NCBI GenBank assembly: GCA_963693365.1
Contig: CAVNZM010000003.1
Coordinates: forward strand, 10,772,988-10,836,987
DNA: 64,000 nt
Direction of reading: 5' to 3'
From: Amoebidium appalachense
Taxonomy: Eukaryota; Protista; Ichthyosporea
The notes beneath the pieces were generated by a model that was not told the DNA's origin, did not search any database, and was given only the letters and a program-made list of their open reading frames with translations. Of this stretch, positions 1 through 13,820 are shown in pieces. The stretch's first letter is position 1, and the number at the start of each line of letters is the position of its first letter. The translations under genes were made by a program, and so were the position numbers.

Positions 1-2
1 AT

Positions 3-777
3 TATATCTCCAACCGGCCAAACAATCAGTTCTTCCTCGGGGACACAGCCTATTGGTCACTTCGCCTGTGGACCAACAGTACGGGCGTTGGTATATCCGA
101 CGCGAAAATTACTGATTTGGTCCGCGAATCCAACCCCAACTGCACGAATTTCCCCCAGCCGTTCGCCGACACCTCCAAGATCGTGCAAACCTTCAAGGGA
201 CTTCTGACCCCCCCTGAAATCCGCAACCCGATGCTCATCAACGTGCCCGTTTCCTGCGCCACCGCCGCAGGAGGAACCAACAACATTACCTACACATGGA
301 CCGTCTTGGTCGATTACCTCGACACCACCTACCGCCGCCGCCGCCGCACCGTCGAAAAATCCGTCTCGTCCTTAAATTCCGAGGACGTAAACGATTCTGG
401 TGTTTATGACCGTGTGCGTCGCGAATCGGGCGAAGTTTCCGGTAATGGGGGTTTTGGGGTTAAAGTGAGACCGGGGGACGTTCAGAAGGTGGCAGGGGAT
501 GAAGCGACCGCGGTACTGGCGCCGGGGGGGAATTAACAACACCCTTATTGTGATAATTGCCGTGGCCGCCTGTTTGTGCTGCTGCTGTTGTATTGTCGCC
601 GTCGGGGGAATTATCGCTCTCCGTCGGTACAAAAAGAACCAAGCGATGAAGGAGAAGGCAACGTCTCTCGCTTCCTCCCAGCCCGTTTTTGCTACTTCGA
701 CGATGCAGTTTGACGCCAATGGACATGCGAAAATGAGTTACAATCAAAGTATGGGTGGTATTATGTCGCTGAGTTAG
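3..777 (+). CDS. 3' part of a type I membrane protein: extracellular beta-rich domain, furin sites, TM helix, Cys cluster, short tail; apparent frameshift in the G7 run at ~524-530
   Basis: Frame is open from base 3 (YISNRPNNQFFLGDTAYWSLRLW...TYTWTVLVDYLDTTYRRRRR...RVRR). After the G run it continues in the 499..777 frame with LIVIIAVAACLCCCCCIVAVGGIIAL followed by RRYKK. Start lies upstream of the window. Confidence 0.7.
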
Positions 778-999
778 TCGAGCGCTTTTGAGCTGGCTAA
801 GGCAAACGGAAATTTCCCGCAGGCGGGGGTTTATGGTAACCAGGGTGCGGGTTACTAAGGGCAGGGTAGGGTCTAGACGGGGGGGGGGGGGGGGGCTTTT
901 GGGAGGTTTTGTTTTTGGGGTTTCTTGTGGTTTCCTCGTTTTGTTTTGTTTTTTGGTTTCGTACCTTTTCCTTAGGTTTAGATGTACACATAAAGTCAC

Positions 1000-1083
<84 letters not shown>
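1000..1083. repeat. (CA)n microsatellite, one of dozens of (CA)n/(TG)n and poly-C/poly-G tracts in the window
   Basis: Read directly. Confidence 0.95.
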
Positions 1084-1087
<4 letters not shown>

Positions 1088-1537
1088 TACACATACATGT
1101 ACACGTACACGGAACGTTTTTGGCTGGTTGTGGTTTGTTCTTCTTTCCTAACAGTGTTTGTCATTTATCCTAATGCATTTGTTATGCATGGAAAAACTAA
1201 AAAAAAAAAAGAAAAGAAGAAAAAAATGCCAGTGGCCGTAAAATGTTCGTGCAGGGCAACACACGGAGCTTCCACTTCTGGCCCCATATGGACGCACCAG
1301 TCAATACTCTAATTCCTTTCGGAGGGGCGATATCTATAACACTGTTATAGTGTCTGTTAGTAAGTTTTTAACCGAGATTAAACTGGCTTATAAGACAAAT
1401 GTACTAGCTGTCATAGTGTAACGGTGTTCTAGCAGCGATTGATAAGTGAGAGTAGTTTACTTGGACTGGATTCCAAGATAACAGGGAATACAAGGAGATA
1501 ATGGTGATGCCTTGTGCCATGATGCCTCTTCCCCCCT

Positions 1538-1584
<47 letters not shown>

Positions 1585-2050
1585 CTCCCGCCTCATCATG
1601 ATGTATGCTCTCGGTGTGTCCTTTGCACTCTGTTTGCGTTGCCGCCCGTAAATGCGTTCTCCTCACTCTGTAGAAGCTTTCTAACCCCCCCCCCCCCCCC
1701 CCCCCGTGCCTCCCCCTCCTCGTCCCTCGTCTCCTCCCTTCCCCCCTCCCCGCCAACCTCCCTCCCCACCCTCCCAAAAACAAATTTGAAAAAAAAATGC
1801 CACCACCACCCTCCCCTCCTTTGTTGAACACAATGGGAAGTACATACGTAGTTATCCAAAGTCCTTCCAGTTACACACACACACACACACCATAAGGCCC
1901 AAAGATGATAACACATGGATCGGGCCGGGAATCGATAAAATGAAATCTAATAAGCTGATTAGATCCGAAATTCCACTATTAAAGAACGAAGCCATTGATT
2001 GGATCCGCAGTTCCACTTTAAAAATTGTAGTTATTACTATATGGTCAGAT

Positions 2051-2111
<61 letters not shown>

Positions 2112-2371
2112 AGATGTGGGTGTGGGTTGGTTATGTGCTGGGATGGACGATTCGGAGAATGTTGACGTGTGTGTATGTGTATGTGACCGGGTGTGCTGTG
2201 TGTGTGGGTGGGTGGGTGGGTGCACGTGTGGGTGTGCGCATGCGGAGGGGGGGGGGGGGGGGGGGTGTAGGTGGGTGTGGTGTGTTGTGGCTTCCGTGGT
2301 AAGGAATAGTGAGGTTTGGCTGGGGATGTGGGTTTTGTGTTGGAGGTGGTGGTTATGGTGGCGTTCGGAGG

Positions 2372-2417
<46 letters not shown>

Positions 2418-2425
2418 TGTGTGAC

Positions 2426-2519
<94 letters not shown>

Positions 2520-2865
2520 CGCGCTGTGTGTGTTGGGGGGGGAAGGGGGGGAAGGGGGGAGGGGGGGGGGGAGAAGAGGAGGCCGGGAGAGGGGCTAGGT
2601 TTACACCTGAAAAAAGGGAGAACTTGACGAGTCATACTATTGGAGGGAGCACCTACCAGGCCCGGGGCAGAGTCTAAATCGACAGTCACCATGATTGAAT
2701 TTATGCCCCCCCCCCCCCCCCCCACCCCCCCTCCACCCCCCTCCCCCTCTCTTCCCCTCAACCCCCCCAAGCCCCAGCCCCTCTTCTCTTTTGTTTTTGG
2801 CTTTTGTTTTTCAGGAGGAAAAGATGGCGGGGTGGTGGTGGTGGTGGTGGTGGTGGTGGTGGTGT

Positions 2866-2896
<31 letters not shown>

Positions 2897-3619
2897 GGGG
2901 GGGGGGGAGGAGCACCACAATTATGAATTCCCTAGGAAGACGCTTTGCTTAAGTTTACTCTCACACAAACTATATTCTGATTTTGTTATTAGTTTGACTA
3001 AAAAAACGGGGGGGGGGGGGGGGGGGTACTTATATTACTGGTGGCACTTGATGTGCCTGGCACTGGGAAACTAGATTTCAGTCGTTGCAGGGCTTACGTT
3101 ATTCGGAGAATAATTAAAAACTTTTCAGTCATCAGTTATACTTCTTTTTTTATGTGTTTACCGTTTCCTACATGACGGCTTTGGTTTGGGCCCGGTCCAG
3201 AAGCACATGTGTACAGGCATGCCCTATAAGACGGGATAATTTCAAGTATTTCTCTTTGGGATACCTTGTGATCAAAAGTTATCCAATCCGATATTCCTAC
3301 TTTTTTTATAGTTTTGTTATATTATGTGTACCTGGTTATTCCTACCTATTACACCTTACTACATGTAGAATATACTGCGACCTTATGTGTACCCCATAAT
3401 TCACCTCAGGTCACCCTAATAGCGAGTGCTTAAGACAGATATGGTACACGTACTTCAACAGACAAGCTAGTTTGCTATATATACCGTAAAGTGTACTGTA
3501 CTGCACAGGTATGCGTTGTTTTTCTGTAAAAAAAAAAATATCAGTGTGAACAACCTTCAAACCCCCCCCCCTCCCCCCCCCCTCCCCACTTCCCCACCCA
3601 AACATTCCGCGGTCTCTCT

Positions 3620-4030
3620 CCAGTATCCAATCAAATTCAATCGATTATTCCCTCGTTTCAATGGGTCTTTCTCCTCACTACACTCTCGATCCAGTCCACA
3701 TAACATGACCCCCAAGCGAAATCGCCCAAACGTTCCCGATCTCTCTCCATTATCCAATCAAACTCAACCGATTGTTCCCTCATTGTCAAATCAAAATCAG
3801 TCGATCATTCCCTCGTTTACAGGGGTGGTTTTCCTCACCACGCCCTCTATTCATTCCATCATAAAACAAAACCCGAGTGAAGTCGCCCAAACACCCCGCG
3901 ATCTCTCTCCAGCATCCAATCATTTTCAATCGATTATCGCCAGTATTCAATCAAATGCAGTCGATTAAACCCTCGTTTCCAGGGGTGTTTTTCCTCACCA
4001 CGCCCTCTATCCAGTCCACACAGTACGACA
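3620..4030. repeat. Three imperfect ~160-bp tandem copies of the 3' end of the protease last exon
   Basis: Motif (a)atc..tcgat..(t)ccctcgttt..gggt..tt.cctcac.ac.c.ctc.at recurs at ~3621, ~3790 and ~3940; the last copy is the coding exon. Confidence 0.75.
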
Positions 4031-4294
4031 CACGAGTGTAGACTCCAAACTGCCAAGGCTGCCCACAGTCGTTGCCCCAGCTCACCAACCCGACCTGTGG
4101 AAGCGAATGAAAACACGTCATTATTAGCCTCTTTTGGAGGGCATTTGCAAAGGCGTTATTCACTTGTTCATTCATTAGTATGGATCAGCCGTTCAATGAT
4201 TTCTTTTTATTTTGAAGGGGGAGGGAGGCACGTGTGTGTGATGAGAAGATGGAAGAGGAGAGAGGGGCCGGCCAGGCGAGTGTGCGGGGGGGAA

Positions 4295-4332
<38 letters not shown>

Positions 4333-4561
4333 CAAGGGGAGCCTCGAGGGGGGAGGGGGTGGGTTGGGGGGAGGGGGCAGGGGTTGCCCGGGGGGGAGGG
4401 GGGGAGGGGGGAGGGGAAGGAGGTGGCAGGGGAGAAATATAGATTCTACTAGTTTATGTACGAGGAAGAGGACGGGCGGGCCGTGGAGGGGGAGGGGGGG
4501 GGGGGTGGATGCCTGGAAATAATCTCGGTTTACTGATAGTTCAGGAGTGGGTCCACGGGAG

Positions 4562-4593
<32 letters not shown>

Positions 4594-5230
4594 GCGTGGC
4601 GTGTTGGGGGGGGGGGAGGAGAGGTTGGGAGGGAGAGGAAGAGGGAAAGGGAAAGCAATTGGGGAAAAGGCAGGAAGGGGAATTTAGGCTCAGACACCAG
4701 GCAGCGTGGCTGATGGAGTGAAAAGCGTCCCTCCCCCCCCCCCCCTCCCCCCCCCTCTCCCCTTCAAAAAAAAAAGGAAAATAAAAAAGGTGGGGGTGTT
4801 GGTGGTGGTGGTGGTGGTGGTGGTGGTGGTGGTGGGGGGGGGGGGGGGGGGGGGGGGGTAATAAAACACGTACCAAAGTGCTCTTTCCAGCAAAAAGCGG
4901 GCCTCCACTATCCCCATTACATGCGTCCTTCCCTCCCTCCTTCGGGCCGGCGCAAATCACGCCCGGCCCGGAAACCGTTGGGCCCATATACTGTGCGCAC
5001 AGTTTGTTCCCGACCACGGGAACAACGACTTTGCGTAAATGGTCTGCTACGGTGTGGTCTTGAAACGAGAGCTGGCCCCAGCCCATAACTGTAAGGGGGG
5101 TACCGGATTTTTCGTTCACTCCGCGTATCCTGTGAAATTGGGGCTTTCTCAGAAAATCATGCTGATGCAAAAGTTTGTGTGCCCTTGGAGGGGGTGGTGG
5201 TGGGGTTGGGGGGGGGGGGGAAGGGAGGAA

Positions 5231-5278
<48 letters not shown>

Positions 5279-6318
5279 GGACGAAGGAGAAGACCTCCCC
5301 CCCCCCCCCGCGCCCCCTGCCTCCCGCGCATTCCTTTCCCTCATCCCCAGCTCAGAAAAGTGGCCAACTGGGAAAATGGGGCAATGGTGTTTTTCCTTGG
5401 TGTTTAAGATTTTCCGTTTTGCTCTCTCTCTCTCTCTGTCTCTTTATGGGGAAGCTGGGTAGGGTGCCACTGTTTTCGGCGTGTGTGTGTGTGAATGGTT
5501 AGGGTGGGGGTGTCAGAGAAAGAGAGAGAGAATGGTAAAGAATCAGATTATCCAGCTTTTCTTGTTTGTGCATTCGTTGCTTTCTCTCTTTTTTTAGGGG
5601 GGGGGGGGGGGGGGGAGAGGAGGGGGCGACGGGGGGGAGGGAGCGGGACAATGAGCAGGGCGAGGGAGAAGAATTAGGAGGAGTAGGGAAGAGATGGGGG
5701 GGGGGGGGGGGGGGGGGGGGAGAGGGTTAGGAGGGGTAAGACAAGTGTTTGAATGAAATTGACAATTATGGGGAAAAAAGAATGCGACAGACGTAATGAA
5801 TATTGAATTGAAAACGAATAATTTGTAATTGCCTTTTACAATAATCTATCAGGTACCCACCTGTTCAACTTAGCAGTCTCTGTGTTGTATGCAGGCCGTT
5901 CAAGCCTGAGCAGTGCCACGTCATTGATGATATCATTTTCGTCATAGCCCGGGTGCACGTGCGCCCCTATGACGTCATATTTGGTGAAGGTCTCGGGCCG
6001 GGACTGTTTTGTGCCCCCCACCCACACAATGTGGTGGGTAAAGCCGTGTACACAGTGGGCGGCCGTTAGCACCCAGTGGGGGTGGATGAGCGAGCCTCCG
6101 CATCTGCCACGGTGTGTATGCGGAGTGGGAGGGTGGGTGGGTGGGTGGGGTGGGTGGGGAGGGGGAGGGGGGGGGGGGGGGGGGGGGGAGGGGGAGGAGC
6201 GGGTGGGGGAAGGGGGGAGGGTTATGTAGTGGCTTGTGACAGTGTGTTTGTGTTTGTGTGCATGCATACGCGTGTGTGTGTGTGTGTGTGTGTGCGTGTG
6301 TGTGTTTGGGAGGAGTTA

Positions 6319-6390
<72 letters not shown>

Positions 6391-6560
6391 TGTGTGTGTG
6401 TGTGTGTGTGTGTGATCAAATGAGTGAGCGGGACAGTGCAATCTAAGTGTGTGTGTGTGTGACATGCGTTCGCGTGCGTGTGTGCATGTGCTTGTGCATG
6501 CGCAGTTGCCGGGGATAGTGTTTCTCGAATATTCCACTGGAGGCCATCACAGACACTTGC

Positions 6561-6594
<34 letters not shown>

Positions 6595-6595
6595 G

Positions 6596-6665
<70 letters not shown>

Positions 6666-7058
6666 CACACCCACACAAAACACACAAATACACGCGCGCA
6701 CACACACAACACACACACACACACGCACACACATACCCTCCCCCCCCCCCCCCATGCATCTCAAACAGCACACTAATAACTATTAGCACACAGAGACGCA
6801 CTGCACAAACACCACACACACACACACACACAAACACACAAGTTAAAGCCTAATAATACAGACCCACCTGTGCTTGTCCCCCTTCTCGCCGTTTCTTATG
6901 CTGACCATCCATGCAGGCGCGTCCGCCTCCACCCCTCCAACAATATTCCGCCCCGTTTCGTCCCATGGCCCCTCTTCACTCCGAGCTGCTAGGAGGTTCA
7001 CGCTTGCGGCCCAGGTCGCTGTAGCGAAAAAGACAACACTCAACAGGGCAAGCTTCAT
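3951..7058 (-). CDS. Secreted trypsin-like S1A serine protease; exons 7058-6868, 6103-5861, 5129-4874, 4094-3951
   Basis: Signal peptide MKLALLSVVFF; activation site RNIVGG; CGGSLI; TAAHC (His), INDVALL (Asp), GDSGGP (Ser); GKDAC (Asp189, trypsin specificity); GLVSWG...GVYTRV. All introns are GT-AG with matching phases. Confidence 0.95.
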
Positions 7059-8142
7059 TGTTTGTTAGTAATTTGTGCAGAAATTAACGCAAGCTCAGGG
7101 TCTTCGGTTATTACTGTTTAAAAATTATTCAGCAGGAAATGGATTTGTTGTGGGTAGTAAAAGTCAATCTGGTGCTCTGTCTTCGGAGTCCGAACAAAGT
7201 TGCAAATTTAAAGTTCAAATGGTCACATTACCACGCTACATTATTTGGCCCCTCCAAGTCTCAGAATACTTAAGAATTTCTAAACTCAATGTAACTTTAA
7301 TGTCGATGTTTGCATGCAGAGCTCAAGTGCGGTATGGCTTATGTGCGCAAATGCTTGTCGTTTTTATGTTTGCTCAGTGTAGTACTGCCCCTCTTCGATT
7401 TGCTGTTCGGTGTAAACTGAGCCCAAGCAATCAGTTTATATAGTTAGGAGGGAGAGCTGGTCAGCGATGATTGGTTACTGACAAACATGGTATGCAAGGA
7501 TTTGTAATTACTTCTGGAACGGTGCGATCTGATGAGCGAAGATTCATGAGTCGGTAGTGAGCGTCTTGCTAGAAAAGAAGGAAACAAAAGAAAAGAATCA
7601 AAAATAAACAGAAAAATTGAATGTAAATACCAGTTAGCGTACCAAAAGCAGCATTATAAAGGACGGAGTACGTAGGGACAATTGTGATTTGTATCTATCC
7701 GATTATCTTTTTATTGGAAGTTATTAGCCAATCACAACGCGTACAATGGGTACATCACATAGCATCCGATGCTGAGCCTTCTGAGCCGACGGTCAGTCAC
7801 GTGGTACGTCATAGTATGTATCGCCATGCACCGCTACTGCCTTGCTGCGCGGGAACTTTGAGCTTCGTGGCAAACCGTATATGTGTGTGTATATATGCAT
7901 GTGTGCCAGTTTGTAGTTTTTGAGGCGCTACTGTGCATTTATGTACTATCATTGGCCTGCAACAGGCCCACGTGCACACTATCCGGGCATGTATGCGGGC
8001 CCCCGCCGCCCGCCGGGCACCGGCCCTTGAAGGGCGATTTTGATGGGTCTGTGATGGATATGATTGCGTTTTCCAGCGCAGCCAATTAAATGCAGCTAGT
8101 GACTTATGTACACTGTATGCAATAAAACAACCCTAGTATAGA

Positions 8143-11100
8143 TTATGGATAAGCAGAAGCTAGCATTGGTAGCTCCGAGAGAAAGTTAAGACACCGTATC
8201 ACAATATCATACTGTGCAGCATTAATAAGTGATCCAACACGGTCATTTTATAACGGATATACTGGGGGAGAGAAGCAGAAAAGAGAATAAGCCGCCCATA
8301 ACCTCCGGTTCTACCACATTAGCTAACAGGTCACACATTGATAGATATGCATCCGCGAGTAAACCGCCCCCCACACATATTACACATACGAGCAGGAGAC
8401 ACCAAAAACCGATTAAAACGCCAAGACATAATCATCTTTGCATATTTATACGACACAACATCATGAATAAACGAATCTATATAGGAGCGAGATTGTCTAA
8501 CCGTATCCGCCATATAGGCTACTAGTAGTTGGTGTTTTTGCTGACCTAACACTGGGAGGGACTCGAAACGTAAAGTAAAAAGGTATCTATCAGCCATATA
8601 CTTAAAACTATTCATAGTCACACTAATCCTATGGTCCAGCCCTAGCTCCGGTGGAGTCGCCAGCCACTCCGCATATCGCTCGACAATGGGCAGAGACGAT
8701 GTGGAAGGGAAGAGGTAGAGGGGCGAGTCCGGCGGGGATGCGTGTAGCCGGAAGAGCTCTAGTGGATGGGTCGGGGCAATGGCGGATAGGCGGGTGACGT
8801 GCTCGTGAAATTTAAGGGCTAATTCGTGTATGCGATGTGATGGCGGTGTGAGTGCGTATAAAGAATCGAAATGGCGTTTAGAAATAGGTGTGGAAAGGCC
8901 AGTAAGAAACGTACAACAAGTTGTGTAGTGGAAGTCATCTAGTGATTGGAGAACATTTGCAACGGTATTTGAAGGGGGTGCCATACTATTAGCTAATAAA
9001 GGCAACCCGTACTCAGACAAAGGGCGAATAAAGGTGCGAAATATACTAAGACGGCTGTGTAAGTGTACAGTAGTAGAAAGATTAGCAAGATACACATCCC
9101 TAAATAAACGAAGACATCTGCCTGCACTCTCCACCCGACGGTCGACCATCCGTTTGAAACATATGCCCCACTCATCCACCGGAACCCCCAAATATTTATA
9201 TTCGATCGGGCGAGGGAGGGGACTGCTGAATATACAAACGTCGTCCCATGCCGGTATCGATTTTGATAAAAGGGCACACTTTTTGAAGTTAACCTTCATA
9301 TCGTTGCGCTTGCACCAATGTTCAACCACACGAATATATTGCCGTAGTTCGATAGGATCGGATGACATAAGCACAATATCATCAGCAAAAAAGAGGGTGG
9401 GGGGAGCCTGGCATGGCAACCCCCCGTCAATTTGTGCCGCAGAAAGAGCGTCGGCTAAATCATCAATATACAGGTTGGAAAGAAGTGGGCTTAGCAGGGA
9501 CCCTTGAAGTACCACGTGCGTGCGGGTAAACCCTGGGGATAGCCGCCCATTAACCACCGTCCGTCCGCGTGTAAACGTAATTACAAACATAGCTTCCAGT
9601 AGCCGACCCATTTGGAATGGGACACCGCGAGTGACCAACTTGGCCCACAGGCGAGGGAGGTCGACCGTGTCGTACGCGTTCTTAAAATCAATAAATATGA
9701 GGTGCTCGGTATCACTTTGAGTTGCATTATGTAGGGTGAGGATTTGCGCGTAACTAGAGTGTCGATGCCGAAACGGCGCCTGAAGAGGGCTCAGCTGGGA
9801 AGCCTGCTTACGGGTGGGGTTACGGGAAAAGGCCTGTAAGAGGCCACTTTCGAATAATCGGCGAAAAACGGACGTAAGGGTGATAGGGCAAAATTCGTCA
9901 ATGGGACCCCGTGCAACCGTTTTCTTGATGGGAAACACTAGGTGTCTAGCCACTCCGAGGGCACTTTACCGACATCAGAATACCAGCTAAACAATTCGCT
10001 AAGAATACATGTAAGTGGTGGCGGCGGGCCACGCTTAAATTTTCGTCTTTCTCGGGTCGGGGTGGGATGAGTACCTTAAGTACTAGTGCCATAGGGATGC
10101 TGTCCGGCCCACACGCTTTGCGGGACGGGTAACGGGAGACAAACTGCCATACCGCATCTGGGGTAAAGTGTGCCCCCAGTTGAGCCCCAAACTCAGCCGG
10201 CCCCGCTGGCCACGCCGTGTGTGGGGGTGGTGGTGTGTCGGTGGGTGGAACAAAAACAGGAGGGGGCGCCTGCCCCAGATCCGTGGCTGTACAGGTCGGG
10301 TTACTAGTACGTTTAAACAGGGTGCCGTAAAAGGAATCGGTTGCAGTTTCCGGGTCGGATGAGGGGTCGGCCGTTATTCGAATCGAATGATCGCCACGAT
10401 CAATCTTCCGAATATTACCCAATAGCATGTGATACGGTAGAGGCTTACGTATTACTAAGGCAGCCTCCGCTCGAGGGCCGCGAGTGTGTGTAATTCGTGC
10501 TTGTGGATACACCTTGTCACCTAAACAGGCATATTCACCGACGTCCCACAAGGTTTCGCGTACTGTAGACCATACTCTATCGATGAAGGTCTGGTCGCTT
10601 TCTTAGCGGGACTTGGCGTCCATCACGCACAAGCGACAATAGACTCGGTTGCACCGTCTGGAAAAAGAAGCGAGTGTCTGCTTGGCCGCGCTCGCTTTTA
10701 AGTTCGCGTACGTTAAGTCTGTAAGTGTGTTGTGGTGACGGCAGTAGAAAGGCTAAGTGTAGTGCGAAAAACTATAGGTAGGTGGTCTGACGGTGGTGGG
10801 TGTAGGTTTTGGTGTATGTGTAAAATGCAAGGACCAGAGGCTGCCCCCCAGTCCGTGTGGTGTTCTTGTACTACTGGTGGAAGAGTAAGGCGTAACGCTG
10901 TAACAAAAGTGTGAAAAGTTGGTGTGTGTGGGTGGTTGGGTTTAAGTAGGGCCTTTGGGTGGCCGTGTATGGGGTGGGGTGTGGTAACTTAACGGGCTAT
11001 TAAAGTATCCTAACACTAGTGTGGGGTTATGTAGGGCAATGGTGTTAAATTCGTGTTTAAGTGCTAGCAGTGTAAAATTACATAAGTATTTGGGACTGGG

Positions 11101-12368
11101 AAATAAAGCAGAGACACGGTGGTGCAGTGTAAAAACACCACAAACACACAAGTTGTCAAAAACACGGAACGATCGGAGCAGTGTACACAACAGACATCAA
11201 CTTGAATGTTTACACCGTGACACGACTGACGAAATCAATACATTGATTTTGTATGTATATTTGTGAATCCTAATTATAAGTCAAATCAACACATGATTTC
11301 CGACCAGTCGGAAATCAGATCCATGTCTAAAATAACCAAACACAATGAACTGATTATTGCCAGGATAGATCCGGCGACACAGGAACGCACACCATAGGTC
11401 ACAGCTACTAGCAAGTATTGAGGTGTAAAAGTAACGAGGAAAGTGGGGGCTGTGGTTTATGTTTCTAACCTATCAACAGCTGCAAAGGCTCAGACACTTT
11501 CTGACTAAGTCTACTGATTGGTCACAGCACGGCAACACGCAAAACTGAAGTGGTTGACTAAGCTATGATTCACACATGACAAGCTAAAGTGTAGCCTAAG
11601 CTTGTTTTCCGACCAATCAAAACACAATGAGCTAAAGCTACTCAACGTATATTAGTGAAAAAGAAACATGATCATGTGAAAGAAAACAAGGGAGAAAAGA
11701 AAGAGAAAAGAAAGGAGGAGAAGGAGAAAAGAGAAAAGAATACAGGACAGGAAACACGAACACGAAAACAGAGTTGCAACAGAAGATATTCACGTACACA
11801 TAAACATGTACACGTTTCTCCCTGAGTGGGTGGAAATGTGTACACACAGATCAACACACCAATCAGTGATAAAGTACACGATTAGAACCGATCTATCACG
11901 ATTACATGTATACGGACACATTAGAGATCGATGAGACATATTTCGTACAAGGAGAGTGACATTTCCATTAATCCCATGACCGAAGACACAACACAAACTG
12001 AAAAGATCTTACACATGTAGATACTTCGTACTACAACAAGCAGTGGAAGGCTAGGTGGATAATAAACAAACGTGCACATATGGCCACAGACTGAAATAGT
12101 GAGTGTGTGTATGGTGCGGGTTATTACCGAACAGTGGTTAACAAAATGGGAGGCGGCGATGAACACTATGCAGGAGTGACTCGGCTTGTAGCCCACGGGC
12201 TGAGTAGACTTGCCCACGAGCCGTCCAGACCGACGGAGTGTCGCGTGGTCTCGCCACCACGTTTCTGCGACAACCATAGACGGGAACTCCTGCTGGGATA
12301 ACGACAGAAGAAACTGTGCTTTACCCTTATTTAGACGACGAGCATTCCAGAAGAGAAAGGAGAGCATG
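8143..12368 (-). pseudogene. LINE ORF2 (AP endonuclease + reverse transcriptase + C-terminal Cys motif), frameshifted and split by an LTR
   Basis: WNAR, VAETW, YYPPS|LALK, LGYFN (cf. GDFN), ACGPDSIP, PITLTSVFRRLFE, FIDFKNAYD, LQGSLLSPLL, FFADD, YKYLG, CNMCGG. Confidence 0.9.
11071..12038 (-). mobile_element. Solo LTR of Copia family A, TSD AGCAG
   Basis: TG...CA ends; AGCAG at 11066-11070 and 12039-12043; homologous to the LTRs at 19326-20250 and 62340-63303. Removing it rejoins the APE frame. Confidence 0.93.
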
Positions 12369-12954
12369 CTTACTGGGAGTTGGCTGGGGCGGCAGTGGGG
12401 TCGTAGGGCTTGCTGAAGACCTGCACGTGCTGAGCCTCCCTGGGGCCAGTACGCACGCACCTCAGCTGCTGTTTTGACCCGGCTGTCGTGTGTCGGGTGA
12501 AGTGTGGCTGCCTTGGCAGCCCAGGTGTGGGCGTTGGCCACCCGCGCAAGCACCCGGCGTTGCCAAGGGGGCCGGGCAGCAGCCTCTGCGTCAGTACGGT
12601 TAAGTGTGGTGTTGTAGGAAGCCGTAGGGTCGAAGTCTGCGAGAAAGGTGGCGTCGGGAGCACGTCAACTTGGATGATGCTTACGAGGGTATCACGGTAG
12701 CCGGCACGCACGATGAACACTGTGTAGCGACGGCCAATGAAGAGCATGTCGGGAATCATTCGGTTGAGGACACCGAGGTTGTAGAGACGGTCACGCATGG
12801 TGCTGATGTTGGCCGGCACCATGGTGAAGGCTGCAGTGGTCAGCTCGGACTCGTCGGTACCCTCAGGTGCAGGGCCACCCGAGGGCGGCGAGTTGGGTGC
12901 AGGGCCGATGGTGCAGCAAGGGCTGCCATAGCCTGGGTAGCCCCGTGGGTCTGG

Positions 12955-13786
12955 TGAAAATTTATATAATATTCGGGGAAAGGACAGGGAAGCATGCAGA
13001 GACACAGTGGTGCCGTGTAAAAACACCACAAACTGTTGTTTTGTACGGGTCTTAGGGAGCAGAGTGCACAGAGGTGTCATGTAAAACACGACTAACACAT
13101 TAATGAGAGGGCAATCGGAGTTGTTCACGAGACATTGAAAGATTCAAACAACAACTGATTCTTTATTGTGCTCTCGGTTCCTTTTGTACTTGCGACTTAT
13201 CATCTTATCACAACTAAAGAGGGAGAACCAATCGGTTCTATCAGAAGATAGAAAAACACATTCCGACAGAGCATACACATTCCATCTTCCGATTAAACTA
13301 AAGTTTAGAAACTCTTACTTAAATAAATTAAGTAATTATACATCAGATTCTAGTCACTATTAACTCACATATATATTTATGTGCTTCTCTATAGAGAAAC
13401 TTATTTAAATACATATATTTCCTAATAGTCGACACTCTCAAAGTGAAGACACTTTGCAATAAACCGAATTCCATATATATCTAATGTCCAATCACAACAC
13501 ACATATATTAATAGACAGGAATGCACAACACGATCTACAGATGTACTCGCTCGCGACTATTGGCGAGCCATCCTTTTGAGAACAAAACTAAGCCATTTTG
13601 AAATAAAGGAAAGACAACGAGTGTAGCTAGCCAATCACGCTACCTCTCAGATAAACAGAGGAGAGCAAACAGAAATAAAATACAATAAGTTCTTATCAGG
13701 CAAGAGAGCCAGGTGTGCACAGATCGACAGATATCTGTGCTCACAGAAACAAGGGAGAGAGAGATACGGGGGGGGGGGGGGGGGGG

Positions 13787-13820
<34 letters not shown>

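Noticed and set aside
788-3074. Long ORFs of VCVC/THTH/poly-G/poly-P (also throughout the window)
   Set aside because: Stop-free translations of microsatellites and homopolymers, mostly intronic.
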